From NCBI GenBank assembly GCA_037443365.1, contig JBBIOM010000009.1:1-13082 (forward strand): a stretch of DNA of 13,082 bases. Reading direction: 5' to 3'. This stretch comes from Armatimonadota bacterium (GTDB lineage Bacteria > Sysuimicrobiota > Sysuimicrobiia > Sysuimicrobiales > Humicultoraceae). The position numbers and the translations under genes are program-made. Shown in pieces: positions 11,779 through 13,082 of this stretch. Each line of letters starts with the position of its first letter. Positions within the stretch are counted from its first letter, which is position 1. A model generated the notes under the pieces. That model made no database searches and was not told where the DNA came from. It was given only the letters and a program-made list of their open reading frames with translations.

Positions 11779-12877
11779 CGCGTACCGGGGCGAGAATGTA
11801 CGTGTACTCGCCCTGCCCGGTCGGGCGCAGCGCGCCCGGGCTCAGCGGCCCGGCCAGCTCCAGGGTCATCTCGTCGGACTCGAGCACCGACAGGCACTCG
11901 ATCAGGTATCGGGCGTTGAAGGCGGTCGCCACCACCTCGCCCTCACAGGAGACCTGAATCCGCTCCTCGGACCGCCCGTACTCGGGCGTGTTGGACGCCA
12001 GCGTCAGCGTGTCGCCCTCGGCTTGAATCCGGACCACGTTGGCCGAGTCGCGCGCGGTCAGCGCCACGCGCCGCACCCCGGCCAGCAGCCGCTGCGTGCC
12101 GACGGTCACGCGTTGCTTGTATCCCGGAGGGATGACCTGCTGGTAGTTCGGGAACGGCCCCGGGATCAGGCGGCTGACGAGCCTGGCGCCGGGCATCGTG
12201 AACAGGATCTGGTTCTCCGCCAGCGAGATCTCCACGTCGCCGTCGGCGCTCCCAAGTGCGCGCGTGAGCTCGCGCATCGTCTTGGAGGGCACTATCACGC
12301 CTATCTTCTGGGAGGCCGGGCTGGCCAGGGCTGCCGTGCGAAGGGCGAGCCTCCCGCCGTCGGTGGCGACCAGGCGGATCTCCTTGCCGTCCAGCACCAG
12401 GTAGATTCCGGTCAGGAAGACGCGCGTGTCGTCCGTGGAGACGGCGAACTCGGTCTGGCGCACCATGCTGCGCAGCAGCGCGGCGTCCACGCTGGCCACC
12501 GGCGACGCGTCGGGTTCGGGCATGAGCGGGAAGTCCGACGCCGGCAGCCCGATGAGGTCGTAGGTCACCCTCTCGCACTGGATCTCGACTTCGGTCCCGC
12601 CCTCGGGCACCTTCACCTGCACCGGCGCTTCGGGGAGGTTCGCGACGATCTCGCCGAAGAGGCGCGCCGGCAGCGTTATCGCGCCGCCCTTCTTGACCTT
12701 CGCCGGCACCTCGGTCTGTATCCCGTGGTCGAGGTCGGTGGCGGCGACCTTGATCGCGTCCTTGCGCGTCTCTATCAGGATGTTGCCGAGGATGGGCATC
12801 GTGGCGCGCGTGGCCACCGCGCGGCCGACCAGCGCAACCGCCTTGCTCAGGTGCTCGTGCGCACAGGTGAACTGCAT
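11768..12877 (-). CDS. dnaN: DNA polymerase III beta sliding clamp
   Basis: 369 aa. TMPILGNI, ATDLD, FAVSTDDTR.FLTG, VATDG.RLA, SRLI.GPFPNY..VIP, FNARYL, YILAPVR. SD GAAGGAG at 12890-12884. Confidence 0.99.
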   Translation of the reverse strand: MQFTCAHEHLSKAVALVGRAVATRATMPILGNILIETRKDAIKVAATDLDHGIQTEVPAKVKKGGAITLPARLFGEIVANLPEAPVQVKVPEGGTEVEIQCERVTYDLIGLPASDFPLMPEPDASPVASVDAALLRSMVRQTEFAVSTDDTRVFLTGIYLVLDGKEIRLVATDGGRLALRTAALASPASQKIGVIVPSKTMRELTRALGSADGDVEISLAENQILFTMPGARLVSRLIPGPFPNYQQVIPPGYKQRVTVGTQRLLAGVRRVALTARDSANVVRIQAEGDTLTLASNTPEYGRSEERIQVSCEGEVVATAFNARYLIECLSVLESDEMTLELAGPLSPGALRPTGQGEYTYILAPVRVAT

Positions 12878-12893
12878 GCGCGTCTCCTTCTAG

Positions 12894-12950
12894 TTCGTAT
12901 TGTAATCAAACAACAGCCGTAGTAGTAGTAGCTGTGCGCTCTGTGGACAA
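12894..12950. other. oriC: oriC basal unwinding element: DnaA box, degenerate box, DnaA-trios and short AT-rich patch
   Basis: Minus strand reads TTGTCCACA (12950-12942), GAGCGCACA (12941-12933), G, CTACTACTACTAC. The plus strand therefore carries (TAG)4 at 12920-12931, with an AT-richer patch at 12894-12913, directly upstream of dnaN as in B. subtilis oriC. Confidence 0.85.
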
Positions 12951-12994
12951 CCGCCGCATCTTCCGCGTGGCGGGGAGTTGCGGCTCCGCGGCCA

Positions 12995-13071
12995 CCTGGA
13001 CGAGTTGGGGACATCTTCGTCGAGGAGCCCCCCGCGCCCCTGGCGCGCCGCGGTTGTCCCGATCGTCCCGA
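12995..13071. repeat. Degenerate DnaA-box-like 9-mers with a GTCC core
   Basis: TTGTCCCGA (13054-13062) and TCGTCCCGA (13063-13071) in tandem on +; ATGTCCCCA (13014-13006) and TCGTCCAGG (13003-12995) on -. Each has 2-3 mismatches to TTGTCCACA. Confidence 0.45.
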
Positions 13072-13082
13072 GGCCACTCACA

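Noticed and set aside
12847..13081. Short ORFs upstream of dnaN, or the 3' end of dnaA
   Set aside because: The ORFs run through the oriC elements and have no protein-like features. A TGA at 13080-13078 could be the dnaA stop, but too little sequence is visible to support it.

Overview
High-GC bacterial chromosome segment at the replication origin; all real genes are on the minus strand. From right to left: a Bacillus-type oriC unwinding element (tandem DnaA boxes, DnaA-trios, short AT-rich patch), then dnaN, yaaA (S4 domain), recF, DUF721/DciA, RemB/DUF370, gyrB (with its own near-consensus sigma70 promoter), gyrA and a PDZ-less site-2 protease. A separately promoted catabolic operon follows: a tripartite tricarboxylate transporter (tctCBA), a SauS-like CoA-acylating aldehyde dehydrogenase and the first 12 codons of a further gene. 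Most notable: (i) the gyrase has non-canonical residues at several classic quinolone positions (GyrA E82/V83/P84; GyrB E426/Q447/H464) and at the aminocoumarin Arg136 position; (ii) a candidate organosulfonate uptake/catabolism operon with an IclR-like palindromic operator; (iii) tctA appears to start at a non-canonical ATC; (iv) six consecutive genes end in TAG, and five of them are in frame with the next gene; (v) the origin gene order combines Bacillota and Actinomycetota features. Family calls come from motif recognition only; no searches were run.
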